Assembly (NCBI RefSeq): GCF_004010195.1
Contig: NC_057751.1
Location: forward strand, 8,609,023-8,673,022
Source: Chiloscyllium plagiosum
Taxonomy: Eukaryota
Direction of reading: 5' to 3'
DNA: 64,000 nt
The notes below the pieces were generated by a model, which ran no database searches, was not told where the DNA came from, and worked only from the letters and a program-made list of their open reading frames with translations. Below, one piece after another: positions 12,872-25,615 of the stretch. The position numbers were made by a program, and so were the translations under genes. The stretch's first letter is position 1; every line of letters begins with the position of its first letter.

Positions 12872-13090
12872 ATCAGATGTGTGGAGGTTCAAGTGCTGCG
12901 CTTTCCCTTGAGCAGGTAATCTTCAATCGATATGCAGACGCAGAACTGGGTGAACACTGCTTTGTCAGAGGTGAGCTGCTTCGGTTCAGATATCAGACGG
13001 AGACTTCCCCTGCTTTCTCACACGGACGGAAGAAGTTGTTACATCAGGAGGTGAAGCAGAGCTTTGGGGGACCGGGATGCTTTTCTGGTA
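12872..13090 (+). mobile_element. Deu-domain SINE relic (SacSINE1/AmnSINE1-like)
   Basis: ggttcaagtg...cttgagca...tgtcagaggtg...ttcggttcagat...ctgctttctca...ggacg...gaagcagagc follows, from memory, the order of the DeuSINE consensus. Confidence 0.45.
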
Positions 13091-16000
13091 CCTCTTCCTT
13101 AAAATGTTGGGTTGGTTCTCTTTGGGAGAATACAAGGCCTCAGTCAAGTCTTCAGCATGTTGAAGTGTGACACAGGATTCACCCAACCAAATTTTATCAA
13201 GTGCCAAAAGCAAGGGGCCACAAACAATAAACTAATTGAGAAGTTAGGCACAACTTCTTCACCCAAAGGACAGCTGAGTTTTGGAAGATCATGAAAACCA
13301 ATTATATTGTGAGGTTTAACTGGCGAAGGGATCATATCACAAATTCCTTCATACCATTGGGAAGAGATTCCCAATGGCCATGCAAGTCAGATATAGGACA
13401 GGAATACCAAAATGCATTCAATCTCCCGTATTCCTAGAAATTCACAGAGGGGGAAATGTTGACAATCCCGCGTTTGTTAAACAGAAGCTGCCAAACCTGA
13501 TGGGTTTCCACAACATTTTTGCTGTTTCTAAAACTTGCATATTTCTGTTTTGCTATCACATGGCACTTAGTGAAGAGAAGGAGAGGGAATTGTTCCTCAT
13601 TTCCTCACTAATATTTAGTGCTCAACTCTCATCAGGAGAAGCTGATGATCTCATACATCACCAGGGATTTATTTTTGTGTGGATTGCTCAGGTCCAACAT
13701 CACAACACTGACCACATTTGCAAACGTACTTCACTGGCTGGTTTCGAATGTCCTGTGGCCGCGACATACTCAGAACAGCACACCTTAAGATACATGATCA
13801 CCTATGATGTACTCATTCTGGTAATGTCGAATTATGAGTCAGTCCTTGCACTTCAGGCAGACTGAGGGATATTGAAGTTCCATAATTTTGCTTGTTTGAA
13901 TTAAGAATAGCTAAGATTTCTGACACCCAATGAATGCCAGCAAGACCTTATTACAAAAGACCAATAAAACCCCCAAAAAACTACAATCATCTTCTCACAT
14001 TCTCAAGACACCAGTGATGTGACTGTTATGTGCATGCCTTTTAAACCAAGCTTTGCTTGATCCAAAGTTAACTGGCTCAGGCCCAGTATCTCAGAGGCAA
14101 AGACGGAGGGCTAATAACTTCTAACCTTGTCACTGGCACTCATGTCCCAAGAATGGTGTTTTCTTTTCAAAATGCGGCACTGTGACTCACTGAGTTGACC
14201 CTCGAATACTTGAACCAGAGGCACTCAATCTGTGAAGTCCCTGATTTAAACATCAGTTCCTGGGTCTAAATTTCGATTTCTAAAATTAAAAGAACAATTT
14301 CCATCTTTGTTTCCTCTCCTCTGCCAGACTTTGGAGCAAACTTGAGAAACATTTCTACATATGAAATCTCTTAACTCTCCTCGGTCAAAGAGCAATTGAG
14401 GGTCAACTGTTTATTTTGAATCTAAAATTGTCAGATCTTTCTGAACACGAAACATGAAGCAATGCAACGCAAATACAGCTAAATGGAGAAAGGTCAGTAA
14501 TCAGATTTCATTTATGTGAAAGGAAGAAAAGACTTGAGAAGTTAAATGACCTTGTCCCAACCATCGCGAACATGACAAACCAGACATCAAACACTGGTTA
14601 AGATACTGAAGGATGTCACAACTATGTTTGCTTTTATCTGTCCAAGTAAACGTACACAGAGTTGGCAAGGGGCACTGGCCAATACATTCAACTCCCTGTG
14701 TAATGAAACAAAACAACAACAAAACTAATTGTCACTGCACTTCACACTTCTCCAGTGGGAAGAGGTATAATGCGTTTGGTTCCGAGGGAGGTTGGCAAGT
14801 GCTGGATGGGTCAAACATAGATGTCTGATTAAGTATGACCTCTTTTATTTAAACACAGTAAAATATACAGGTCAAGAATTCAACTTTGCCTAACAAGGTA
14901 GTCACATTGACCCTTGGCACAACAGGATGTCAGTGCAACCTGCAGCACATTTTAAATCCTCTATCTGTTTACCACCTCCATGTCTCTGAAGTGGGTGGCT
15001 CTAGCCACTTTTGCTAGTTTCAAAAGGATATCGTGGGACATGAGAGCTTTTTAGCCTGAATCAAGAGTGACATTCAGAAACGAAAACAAGTGGTATGAAT
15101 TGGCAGGAACTCGGGAGTATTATTTAAAGCTGCCCTGCTGGGCATTGACACCAAGTCAACATTCAATATCATCTTCAAATAAGAAAGGAGTCGCCCAGGA
15201 ATATAAAACTCTCTGCCCATACTAGGTAACAGGGGTTACACAGCCTTTCCAGCAATTTCATCGCGTGGGAGACTGAGACGTCAATGGGAAATCGTCGAAA
15301 AGAAATAATTCAAAGCAGGCAGTCTGTGTTGTTTCTCATTTGTGACTGGAAAGTGCACTTGTAGGTCTATCTGTAATCTGTCACAGGCAGCTGTTCATAC
15401 TGCAGGAATAGTTACAATCAATAATAACCAGGTCTGGGAGAAACAATCCGCAGATTAACTTTACTTTAATCAGGCTAAATGGAATGGCGTCATTCATCAT
15501 TCTTCTGTGTAGTAAAGGTCGAGCATGTTAGAATTACATCAGTTAAGGCAGGGTGTGTGTCCGCATATGAGAGTTTGAATACTTATGAGAGCAAGATTGG
15601 GAGGTGCAGCCACATAATCAATTCTTGTGGCAAGAATTTTCTTTTGGTAAATGTCAAATTGTGACTAACTGTGCTGACTCACAGTGAAAACTTAAATATT
15701 AATGAACAGCTTCTTCAACAACAGCTGTGATAAAATTTAGCTGATAATTCATAGCTGAAATTCACAAGCTTCAAATAAAGTTGACAACAAAGAGCTTCAC
15801 TTCCTGGTGAGCTTTGAGTGGGTGCAACAGAAGCAGCATCTCTGCATTCATTGTTCACCAACAAATTGGCCCATAGTTTGCTGGCAAAATAAACTTCACT
15901 GCTCTCCATGCATAAATAACTCAACACGATGGACGTGCAGTTAGATCTAAACCAACCCTAAAGTTGATGTCTACATCACAGCACTCCACCATTAACTTCA

Positions 16001-16119
16001 TCCAATGTGCAAGCTCCATGTCTGGGTGACCATGGCCATGCATTGGATTGTGTCACAATACAACAGAAAGCAAACTCAGAAAAAATCAGCTCAGCTCATT
16101 CTGAAGTCTCCAGACCGTT

Positions 16120-16622
16120 TTAATGACAAGGATATTATTAAACTGGGGAGGGTTCAGAAGAGATTTACCAGGATGTTGCCAGATATGGAAGGTTTTGAGT
16201 TATCATGGAAGGCTGAATAGGCTGGGACTATTTTCACTGGTGTGTAAGAAGTTGAGAATCGGCTTAGTAGAGGTTTACAAAATAGATAGAATTAATGGTA
16301 ATTGTCTTTTCCCGAGGATAGGGGATTTCAAGATTCAGGGACGCATTTTTAACATAAAAGGAGCGAGATTTTAAAAAGACGTGAGGGGCAACTTTTTTTT
16401 TTACACAGAGGGTGGTTCACGTGTGGAATAAACGTCCTGACGAAGTGGTGGATATGGGTACAGTTACAACGTTTAAAAGATATCTGGATAAGTACATGAG
16501 TAGGAAATGTTTGCAGAAGTATAGGTCAGGAGCATGCAGGTCGGACTAATTTAGTCTGGGATTATGTTCAGCATGGACTGGTTGAACTGAAGAGTCTGTT
16601 TCCGTGCTGTCTAACTCTATAA
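16120..16622 (+). mobile_element. CR1 LINE 3' fragment
   Basis: DKDIIKLGRVQKRFTRMLP and RLNRLGLFSL, followed by the CR1 3' UTR ending ccgtgctgtctaactctat. Confidence 0.85.
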
Positions 16623-17409
16623 CGTATGAATAAAGGCCAGTCAGCCTCTCCGACTGTTACAAGCATGGAGTTTCATTTTATCAGTTTTACTTTATTGGAG
16701 ATTTGAATAAAACAAAATGCAAACTTAGAATTTTGTGGAGTTTTCTTTTTAATCTCTTCATCTCTTAATCCAAATTTCACTTTGCCTCCCTTTCACCTCT
16801 CTCGAAGAAGGCTTTTGTCACTGAGCAGGTAGCATCCCTGGCACTGAACCAGAAGCCCCAGGTTCATCACCCACTCCAATCACTGATGGCCAAGGAAATG
16901 CATTCATAACACAGTGAATCATGTTGAACAGCAATTTGTGAATCATTGCAACGCATGTTAATGGCAGGCATTGAGAACAGGAGAAATACCTGGTCAGCCA
17001 CACGATGCAAAGAAATAGGAGCATTGACCATCACTGCCCAGAGCTCCAGACTACAACATGCTATTATGATGTCATCACAGCAACTCAAACTCCTTGGGCG
17101 TCCTGTCAATTCAGTTGGTTTATTGATCAAGCCAGATCAGATGGATAGAATTCGGATCCTACCTCCTTGCCTTTCCTTTATTTCTGATCACCCTGTCTAG
17201 AGATGCTGTGGCACTACTTTGGAGCAGATAGGACTTGAATTCAGGCCTCCTCACTCAGAGGTGGGGATACTACCATTTCCTTGACTTGCCTATACTGGTG
17301 ATTGTGGCACTGTGTAGGACCAGTTCTCAAGAAAGAAGCACAACAATCTAATTGCACCATTTGATGTTACTCTTCCTCCTCAATTCTTGTGTTATAGGTA
17401 ACAGGAAAA

Positions 17410-18100
17410 AAAAGGTGGAGGACATGCCCTGATCTACATCAACAGAGCTGAGGTGGAGAGGGTCGAGAACGTCAAGTTCTTAGGACAATAACCAACAATC
17501 TGTCCTGGTCCTCCCAGCAGATGCGATGGTCAAGAAGACACAACATTACCTCTTCTTCCTCCTCAGGAGGCTAAGGAAATTAGGCCTGTCCATAAAGACA
17601 TCCACCAACTTTTACCGAGCACCAGTGAAAGCATACTATCTGTGTGCATCACTGCTTGGTATGGCAACTGCTCTGCCCAGGACTGTATGAAACCCCAGTA
17701 AGTTGTGAACACAGTCCAGACCATCATGCAAGCCAAACCTCCCTTCCACAGACTCCATCAACACTGCTGCAGAAAGGCAGCCAACATCATCAAACCCGGC
17801 TGTACCTACTTACAACCTCTTCCTTCAGGTAGGAGGAACAGAAGCCCAAACACACACACCAACAGGTACAAGAACAGCCTCTTCCCCGCTGTTGTTAAAC
17901 TGCTGAGTAGACCTCTATAATTTCAAATCTAATGTTGATCTTGCTTTTGTGCACCTCCTGTGCAATTGTAACCTTGGATGCCTCACTCTGTCTGAACACC
18001 CTACGATCTGTACATCCATGTATGTTATGATCTGCACACAAAACACAACTTTTCACTGTACTTAGGTAGATGTGACATCAATAAACCAAATCAAATCAAC
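17410..18100 (+). mobile_element. Rex1/Babar-type LINE 3' fragment
   Basis: Encodes remnants YINRAEVERVENVKFLG, FLRRLRKLG, CITAWYGNC, LPSGRR...TNRYKNSLFP; ends aataaaccaaatcaaatcaa. Confidence 0.75.
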
Positions 18101-18393
18101 ACGATCCTTCAAACTGGTTGCTTAAGAAAGTGTACATTGCTTGCCCTGTGCGCTGACATTTTAAAAGGCACATTTCCCCTTTGCTGTGAAGCAGTTGGTG
18201 GCAACAACTTGCCACGCAACAAGTTTCAAAACCCATCTGTGCAAGGGTAGCATCGCTCACAAAAAATTCACCTTCCGCAACAACTCAAAGAGAAGGATGA
18301 AAAAACTACATTTGCAAAATATAACTGCAAAATAAATCATTTTAAAGGAGCTGATCTTAACCAAGAGTCAAAAGCATCTAAAAAAATTTCAAG

Positions 18394-18602
18394 GAGAAAG
18401 TGAGGTCTGCAGATGCTGGAGATCAGAGATGGAAATGTGTTGCTGGAAAAGCGCAGCAGGTCAGGCAGCATCTCGGGAACAGGAGAATCAACGTTTCGGG
18501 CATTAGCCTTCCTGAAGAAGGGCTAATGCCCGAAACGTCGATTCTCCTGTTCCCTAGATGCTGCCTGACCTGCTGCGCTTTTCCAGCAACACATTTCCAT
18601 CT
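18394..18602. mobile_element. Palindromic Penelope-derived insertion with hammerhead motif and TSD
   Basis: Inverted arms 18427-18508 and 18521-18602 (2 mismatches), flanked by the direct repeat (catct)aaaaaaatttcaag at 18375-18393 and 18598-18616. Confidence 0.85.
18512..18539 (+). ncRNA. Minimal hammerhead ribozyme motif
   Basis: CUGAAGA-A-GGGC(UAAU)GCCC-GAAA-C-GUC. Confidence 0.7.
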
Positions 18603-19396
18603 AAAAAAATTTCAAGCCAAGTCTCACCTGTCAACACTGGCAGGTGTTGCAATATTTGAAAATCAGTGAATTCCACCTCAACTAATGCTCTGCTTTCAAC
18701 AGCAAGTTCTTTTTCTGCAATGTTATTTTTGCAGCGATTTCATATCTGTCTTCCGAACAGTCATTGCAGCTTGAAGGGTCATTACCAAGGTGAATTACTT
18801 TGAGATAATTACATGTTACAATAACCTCAATGAACTTGCAATTATAGCATCTGTTCAACCATCTCCAACTTCACCACATCATTATGAACAATGCCTACTG
18901 CCATCTCTGAAGGTTGACCAACATCAACTACTGTTGAAACCTGAGTATCCTCCTGGCTGAACTCTCACCCTTCACCATCTGTTATCTCAAACATCATCCT
19001 GTACCTAGTTCTTTACTTCCACCCAACTCTGCTGTGCTGACTGAACAACACTGGTTCCCAGTCCTTCGACATCTCCATTTTAAAACTCCATGCTTGCATT
19101 TAGTCCCTTCCACGGTGTTGCTCCTGTCATCTTTACCTGCCCACATAGAGCCCCTTACAACTCTTTTTTCCAGCTTCCTGTTCATCCTCCCTTTCTTTAG
19201 CCAAGAAGACCCCACCCAAGAGAATTCCCATCCACCCATCCTTGCCCCTCCACAGTCTCCCTCTCCTCTGTGAATTAAAATCCCCGTCTTTGGTTGAGCT
19301 ATTGGTCATGTCACAGAATATTTCTCAGTTCTGTGGCCTCATTTTCAGCCATTTTTGTATCATGATATTTATGATATCTTTGTATCATAAAATCAT

Positions 19397-21080
19397 CTTA
19401 GAATCCCTACAGTGTGACAGCAAGCCATTTGGCCCATTGAGTCCACACTAACCCCCTAAAGAGCTTCCCAGCAGACCCACCCCCGACCCTATCCCTATAA
19501 TACTACATTTTCCACGGCTAAGTCTACTCGAGAAAGTGCAAAACTTGACCTACTCTTGGGTAATAAGGTTGGGCAGGTGACTGAGGTGTTAGTGGGGGAG
19601 CACTTTGGGGCCAGCGACCATAATTCTATTAGTTTTAAAATAGTGATGGAAAAGGAGTGACCAGATCTAAAAGTTGAAGTCCTAAATTGGAGAAAGGCCA
19701 ATTTTGACGGTATTAGGTAAGAACTTTCGAAAGCTGATTGGAGGCAGATGTTCACAGGTAAAGGGACGGCTGGAAAATAGGAAGCCTTCTGAAATGAGAC
19801 AACAAGAATCCAGAGAAAGTATATTCCTGTCAGGGTAAAAGGGAAGGCTGGTGAGTAAAGAAATTGAGGGTTTGGTTAAGAAAAAGAAGGAAGCATATGT
19901 CAGGTATAGACAGGATAGATTGAGTGAATCCTTAGAAGAGTATAAAGAAAGTAGGAGTATACTTAAGAGGGAAATCAGGAGAATCCAAAGGGTTTTTACA
20001 AATATATTAAGGACAAAAGGGTAAATAGGGACAGAATAGGGCCCCTCAAAGATCAGCAAGGCGGCCTTTGTGTGGAGCCACAGAAAATGGGGGAAGATAC
20101 TAAGTGAATATTTTGCATCAGTATTTACTGTGGAAAAGGATATGGAAGACCTTGGAGTGCAGGTTTATAGCTTCTTGAAAGTGGAGGCACAGGTAGATAG
20201 GATAGTGAAGAAGGCGTTTGGTATGCTTTCTTTTATTGGTCAGAGTATTGAATACAGGAGTTGAGAGGTCATGTTGCAGCTGTACAAGACATTGGTTAGG
20301 CCACTGTTGGCATATTGCGTGCAATTCTGGTCTCCTTCCTATCAGAAAGATGTTGTGAAACTTGAAAGGGTTTAGAAAAGATTTACAAGGATGTTGCCAG
20401 GGTTGGAGGATCTGAGCTCCAGGGAGAGGCTGAACAGGCTGGGGCTGTTTTCCCTGGAGCATCGGAGGCTGAGGGGTGACCTTATAGAGGTTTACAAAAT
20501 TATGAGGGGCATGGATAGGATAAATAGACAAAGTCTTTTCCCTGGGTCGGGGAGTCCAGAACTAGAGGGCATAAGTTTAGGGTGAGACGGGAAAGATATA
20601 AAAGAGACCACAGGGGCAACCTTTTCATGCAGAGGGCGGTACGTGTATGGAATGAGCTGCCAGAGGATGTGATGGAGGCTGGTACAATTGCAACATTTAA
20701 GAAGCATTTGGATGGGTATATGAATAGGAAGGGTTTGGAGGGATATGGGCCGAGTGCTGGCAGGTGGGACTAGATTGGTTGGGATATCTGGTCAGCATGG
20801 ACGGGTTGGACCGAAGGGTCTGTTTCCATGCTGTACATCTCTATGACTCTAATTCCCCGAGCCTGCAAATCCCTGGAGACTGTGGCAATTTCCCACGACC
20901 AATCCAGCTAACCTGCACGTACTTGGACTGTGGAGGAAACTGGAGCACCGAGAGGAAACCCACACAGACACAGGAAGAACGTGCAAACTCCACACAGACC
21001 GTCAATCGAGGCTGGAATCAAACCCTGGTCCCTGGTGCTGTGAGGCAGCAGTGCTAACCACTGAGGCATTGTGCCACCCC
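19397..21080 (-). mobile_element. HE1-like SINE split by a CR1 insertion (pieces 19397-19522 and 20850-21080)
   Basis: SINE tail half ends ...tttccacggctaa; it resumes ctaattccccgagcctgca after the CR1 and ends in the gtgctaaccactgag head complement. Confidence 0.75.
19523..20850 (+). mobile_element. CR1 LINE with large internal deletions (endonuclease end joined to RT C-terminus and 3' UTR)
   Basis: LDLLLGNKVGQVTEVLVGEHFGASDHN (APE SDH motif), ILSEYFASVFT, then a jump to LGVQVYSFLKV...RLNRLGLFSLEHRRLRGD; ends ctctatgactcta. Confidence 0.9.
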
Positions 21081-21668
21081 ACATGTTTGTTACAGCCAGT
21101 ATGCAAACGGGAATTACTGTGACTTCACAGTGAACTGCTTGAAGCTCTGAGTGAGGAAAGGTGAAGCTATTTCATGTCAGATGTCTATCATTTATGTGAT
21201 TTTCTGCTGGACGAGGCTGTTGGCTGAGACCTTTTGATCCCCCACTGGTCACCCATGGCTTTCCAAACAGAATGCAGAGATGATATCAACAACGTAAACC
21301 TCAGAAACTAGCCTGTGAATGCACACTCCTGAAAGTTTTGAAGTGATTCATGAAATTCACTCGAGTTTCCATTCAGTACTTTTCTCCCCAGCAGTGAGAT
21401 CACCTCTGAAACAAACACCTCACAAACGGCAAAGCTCTTCTTCAACCTTATCTCCTGTGCATTAAGAGTTGAATAAAGTATGTCAGAAGAGACTGAAGAG
21501 CAGAGAGATGCATAAACATTTTGACCTGAATATCTCCATTTCTCATTTTCACTTAGTTAGATGGAGATACAGTTGACAACCATGTCCCTCATCAAATGAG
21601 CTGAACATTTATTTAGACTATGATCCTGAGTAGACATCTGCTGTGCGCATCATCTCAGCCAGGTCAGG

Positions 21669-22556
21669 TGTGACAACACTGTGACTTCAAGAATTGTGTC
21701 TCTTTTTTTAATAAAGAAAGGTTGAGACAGAGGTAATGAGCAGTCTGCTCAATGCAATGAAGTAAACAGCTTTTGAGGTCTTGGTTTTTTAAGTTGGTAC
21801 AATAGAAGCAGCCTGAATGGGTGGCATCAAGCTCCCACAGAACCTGGTATTCAGTTTTAGCTTTCTGCAGTTGCTGAAACCTTGAAGCTGGATGTGGAAG
21901 CTTTTATTCCTTTCTCTGTTGCTTGGGTTCTCTTCCTGATACTAGAATTGCATGAGAGACAATGTATTTTCCTGAATTTGCCTTTGTCAAGTGATAAGTC
22001 GCTGGATAGAATAATGCTGAGTCAAAAAGAATGTCTGGTTGCCTTTCGGACAGAAAGTGCTTTACTTTGCTGAAGGTTCAGCAAACGCTGCCAGTATACA
22101 AAGCAGCTGGGAGACAGGCTGTTCCAAAATAGACACATAACAATTGGCTGTCAAATGAATACCTGAGTTTTGGTTGCTGTTTTAACAACAATTCAAATCT
22201 GACTAATTGATTTTAAAAAAAACACAGCCCTTCAAAGCCAATCGAATTTAAAAACACATGATGTTGACAGCCTGAAACCAATCCGACCCGAAGAATTTCA
22301 GGTGTAATCAGGGGTATAAAATAAGTGTTTTTGTGAAAACTCAGTGAGAGAGCAATTGGCACCCAAAGACAGCCAACAGCCCCAAAAGAAATCTCAGTGA
22401 GCACCCTGAATAAAGTGTGTTTTGTTTCAAGCCTGGTAGTTTGACCAATCGAATTGCATCGGGAACCCAACTCCTAACACTTAGCTTTAAAATGAGAAAA
22501 AGTTCGGGTCTAGATTATCATCACACCTTTTGAGGGGGTTTGGTCTGGTCCTTAAT
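21669..22556 (+). mobile_element. Family A LTR-like repeat containing family B LTR-like sequence (~21990-22400)
   Basis: Starts tgtgacaacac and ends ggtttggtctggtccttaata like family A. The internal part matches 26040-26300 (gctgttccaaaatagacaca...ctgagttttggttgctgtt). Confidence 0.45.
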
Positions 22557-23574
22557 AAAGGCCAGAGGATGAAGTGCCTTGCATGGCAGATACTTGAGCT
22601 CAGACTGCTCAAGTATAGTGGAATAAAATGATTGTAAAATCTGTACTCAATCTCCAGCAGTGAAATAAACTCATCCAATCAGAGAGGAATGGTCATTTAC
22701 AAAGGCAGCTGTATGAAAGATCTTTATTTTAATGACAGATATATCAATTAGCTCCTCCCACTTTTCATTGGTTGGCAATGTGGAGGTTAATGGAGTGGAA
22801 TTTAAGGAGATGACGAGTCACTGGACAGCAAGACTGACATGATATTGGCATTGAGGGTAATGGATGAGTCACTTTGCACTGTGTATCCAATTCAAGGTAT
22901 CTGTTGTTTGAATGATAAAAATTAGCAAGCATTGACTGAAGCAAAGGGATTGTTAATTGTTGCACTTGAAAAGGAACTTTTCATGTGAATGCAAAGAATT
23001 CTGTGTATCTAAACAGAAGTTTATATCAGATTTACAAAGTATTTTGCAACAGTCCTGCATAATGTTAATGTGTTAAAAGAGGCCGATCAGCTGAGATAGT
23101 GAGTGCTAAAATGTGGCTCCTCTGTTAGTTTTAAATTGTTATCAGAAACTTAGACTTTGATTTCCCAGTCAAAAGGATGTTTAAAATTTTCATTGCAACT
23201 GCAGATTCTATTCAAAATAGATTCCAGAGTGATACCTTGTTCAGATCTTAACTTTGCTCCTCCAACTTCAGCAGCTCTGCGACTCCCAAGGCACAAGGTT
23301 CAAAATCCTGATTCTCCTTGGCAAATACTTCTTCTGATGGTAATTCCACAAGCTCTTCTCTCAGCACACGTAATACATACCCTCCACTACTGAACATCTC
23401 ATTCTTAACTCTCCTTTACTCATTGTTCCATACTTAATGACAGGACTTCCAATCATTGCAACTTATAATTTCATTCCCAAGACCTGCTAGCCTTGTGCGA
23501 TCACTATTTCCTCAACACTCATCTTTGAAACTATTCTCTTTGACCTTGTTCTAACTCTGTCGGCAATTCAAACC

Positions 23575-23642
23575 ACACTGCAAAATTCCAATCATGAACA
23601 CTTCAGACACTGCAAAATTCCAGTCATGAACACTTCAGACAC
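23575..23642. repeat. 32-bp tandem duplication
   Basis: acactgcaaaattcca(a/g)tcatgaacacttcag x2 plus a partial third copy. Confidence 0.9.
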
Positions 23643-25199
23643 CGCAGCATTTGCACAAATTGCTGAATTCTTCTCACTAGAAATCTGTCAAAGAGGTTTC
23701 ATCAGATTATATTAAATGTCTCAAGTCGAGAAATACTTAAGTCAGCAACTCAGTGAGGCACAGGGTCTACCTTTGCAGAGTTAAGATCAGGAAAAATAGG
23801 AAATGGTGTCAGCCATTTAGCCCTTTAAGTCTACTCTGTCAGTGGATTTACCTCTGGTACACCTCCATCCTTCAAGACACAATAAACTCACCCAGCACTC
23901 ATAATCCCATCTCACAATGGAAGGGTGATCTTGGATTGGCTGGAATTTGGGTTTAGAAACTCAGAAAATATCTCATTCGAAATGCAGACTCAAGACTATT
24001 CCATGCCACCATATCCACGTCTCCTGGGAATTCGTATTGCCAAGAATGTCAAAGGCACAATATGGTATTGGTGTGAAGATACGCTGGTTAGAAGGCACAT
24101 TGCAGCTTTTACAGACATCAGTCCATCTAACCATGTCATTCTGACCACCATCCCCCCCCTCGTTCTACCCCAGTGGGTGTTCCATGCCTTCTCGTTTCCT
24201 CACAACCCCTCTTTATCTTCTGCAGCCATTCATACATACCATGTTAGGACAGAACCACTTAGCAGCATTTGCAAGTATTTGTAATTGATTTGAAAAACAG
24301 AAGCCTTGAACAACCTATTGGAGCTATTTCTGAAACATGTCAGCATTTGCTGCCGTGCACTGGAGAAAAATATCCAGACCCAGAGAAATAAAGTTCAGTT
24401 CCAAAAGTGGTCAGTGAGTTGTGAAAACAAATATTGCTTCAGAAACCAATTCAAAGAAAGATCAAGCTGAATCTTATGGCAAGTTGTGTTGAGTTTGATG
24501 GAACGATTCTCACTGCGAGGCCAGGTCAGTTTTCCTGCTGACCTCAACAAAAACACTGCACTAATTGTCATTTGAGTCCTCACAGTGACAGTCATGAACC
24601 ATTTCCACCCCATCTTCCCACATTCTGTTCCCAGAGCAGCACATCACTCATTTGATATCCCAGAATTGGCCAGGATCCCTTGCCACCTTCCCACCTTAAA
24701 AGGCCCATGGCTGTGCAGCTGGACAAGCGTTGTCAGTCTAGAGATGGCCAGCACAGATCCTGACATTTGCACTGGACATGGTGTATGGGTCAAACTGTTG
24801 TCCTGCTCTGCAGATGGGATCCTGATGGACAGGTTAGTGCAGAGAGACTATGTCCTCTCCCACGGCAGCAGACCATGGCAGCCTGTTACCAAGTTCCCAC
24901 CCAGGTTAGAGGAGGAGGGCCCAGCACTTCAAGTAGAAGGCCCATGACCTTCTCCACTCTGCCCAAGTACCACCATTTTCTCTCCAGTACCTCACACTCA
25001 CACTCTCTCTCCAAGTTACCATCCTCCTAAAAAGGTTCATGCTTCACCATGCTCACAACTACACTACACTCTCTCACTCTCACTCTCACTCTCACCCTCA
25101 CCCACTCCCAAACTGCAACACTCAACATGGTCTACTCACTCGCTTAAGAAACCTCCCAATGACTGAGAGCTGGGCCACCACTTTCGTCAGGAATGTTCT

Positions 25200-25350
25200 T
25201 CTTCCTGAAGAAGGGCTCTTCATCCTGAAGAAGGGCTCATGCCCGAAACGTCGATTCTCCTGCTCCTTGGATGCTGCTTGACCTGCTGCGCTTTTCCAGC
25301 AACACATTTTCAGTTCTGATCTCCAGCATCTGCAGTTCTCACTTTCTCCA
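25200..25350 (+). mobile_element. Penelope-derived short element with hammerhead motif (core 25225-25252) and stuttered 5' end
   Basis: cttcctgaagaagggctc-ttca-tcCTGAAGAagggctcatgcccGAAAcgtc...gatctccagcatctgcagttctcactttctc. Confidence 0.8.
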
Positions 25351-25399
25351 CCACTTTCATCCCCCTGACCCCTCCATGTGTTTCCAGCGACATCCTGGT

Positions 25400-25615
25400 A
25401 AATCTGAAACAAAAACAGAAATTGCTGGAAAAGCTCAGCAGGTCTGGCAGCACCTGTGTGGAGAAATCATTGTTAACATTTCAGATAGAGTGATCCTTCC
25501 TCAGTAAGTGACCCTGGTTAATCCTGATTTCTCTTCACAGATGTTGCCAGATCTGCTGAGCTTTTCCAGCAATTTCTGTTTTTGTTTCTCAGTGACAGCA
25601 TCCACAGTTCTTTTT
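25400..25615. mobile_element. Older palindromic Penelope-derived insertion
   Basis: gaaacaaaaacagaaattgctggaaaagctcagcaggtctggcagca is inverted to tgttgccagatctgctgagcttttccagcaatttctgtttttgtttc. The centre holds a degraded CTGAGGA core on the minus strand. Confidence 0.7.

Noticed and set aside
13374..13865. 163-aa ATG-initiated ORF
   Set aside because: No recognisable domain, coding bias or splice context.
23575..23642. CRISPR-like 32-bp repeats
   Set aside because: Head-to-tail duplication without spacers in a vertebrate genome.
24480..25150. Harbinger-type Myb/SANT remnant
   Set aside because: Only a vague resemblance (ILMDRLVQRDYVL); no TIRs or motifs I can confirm.
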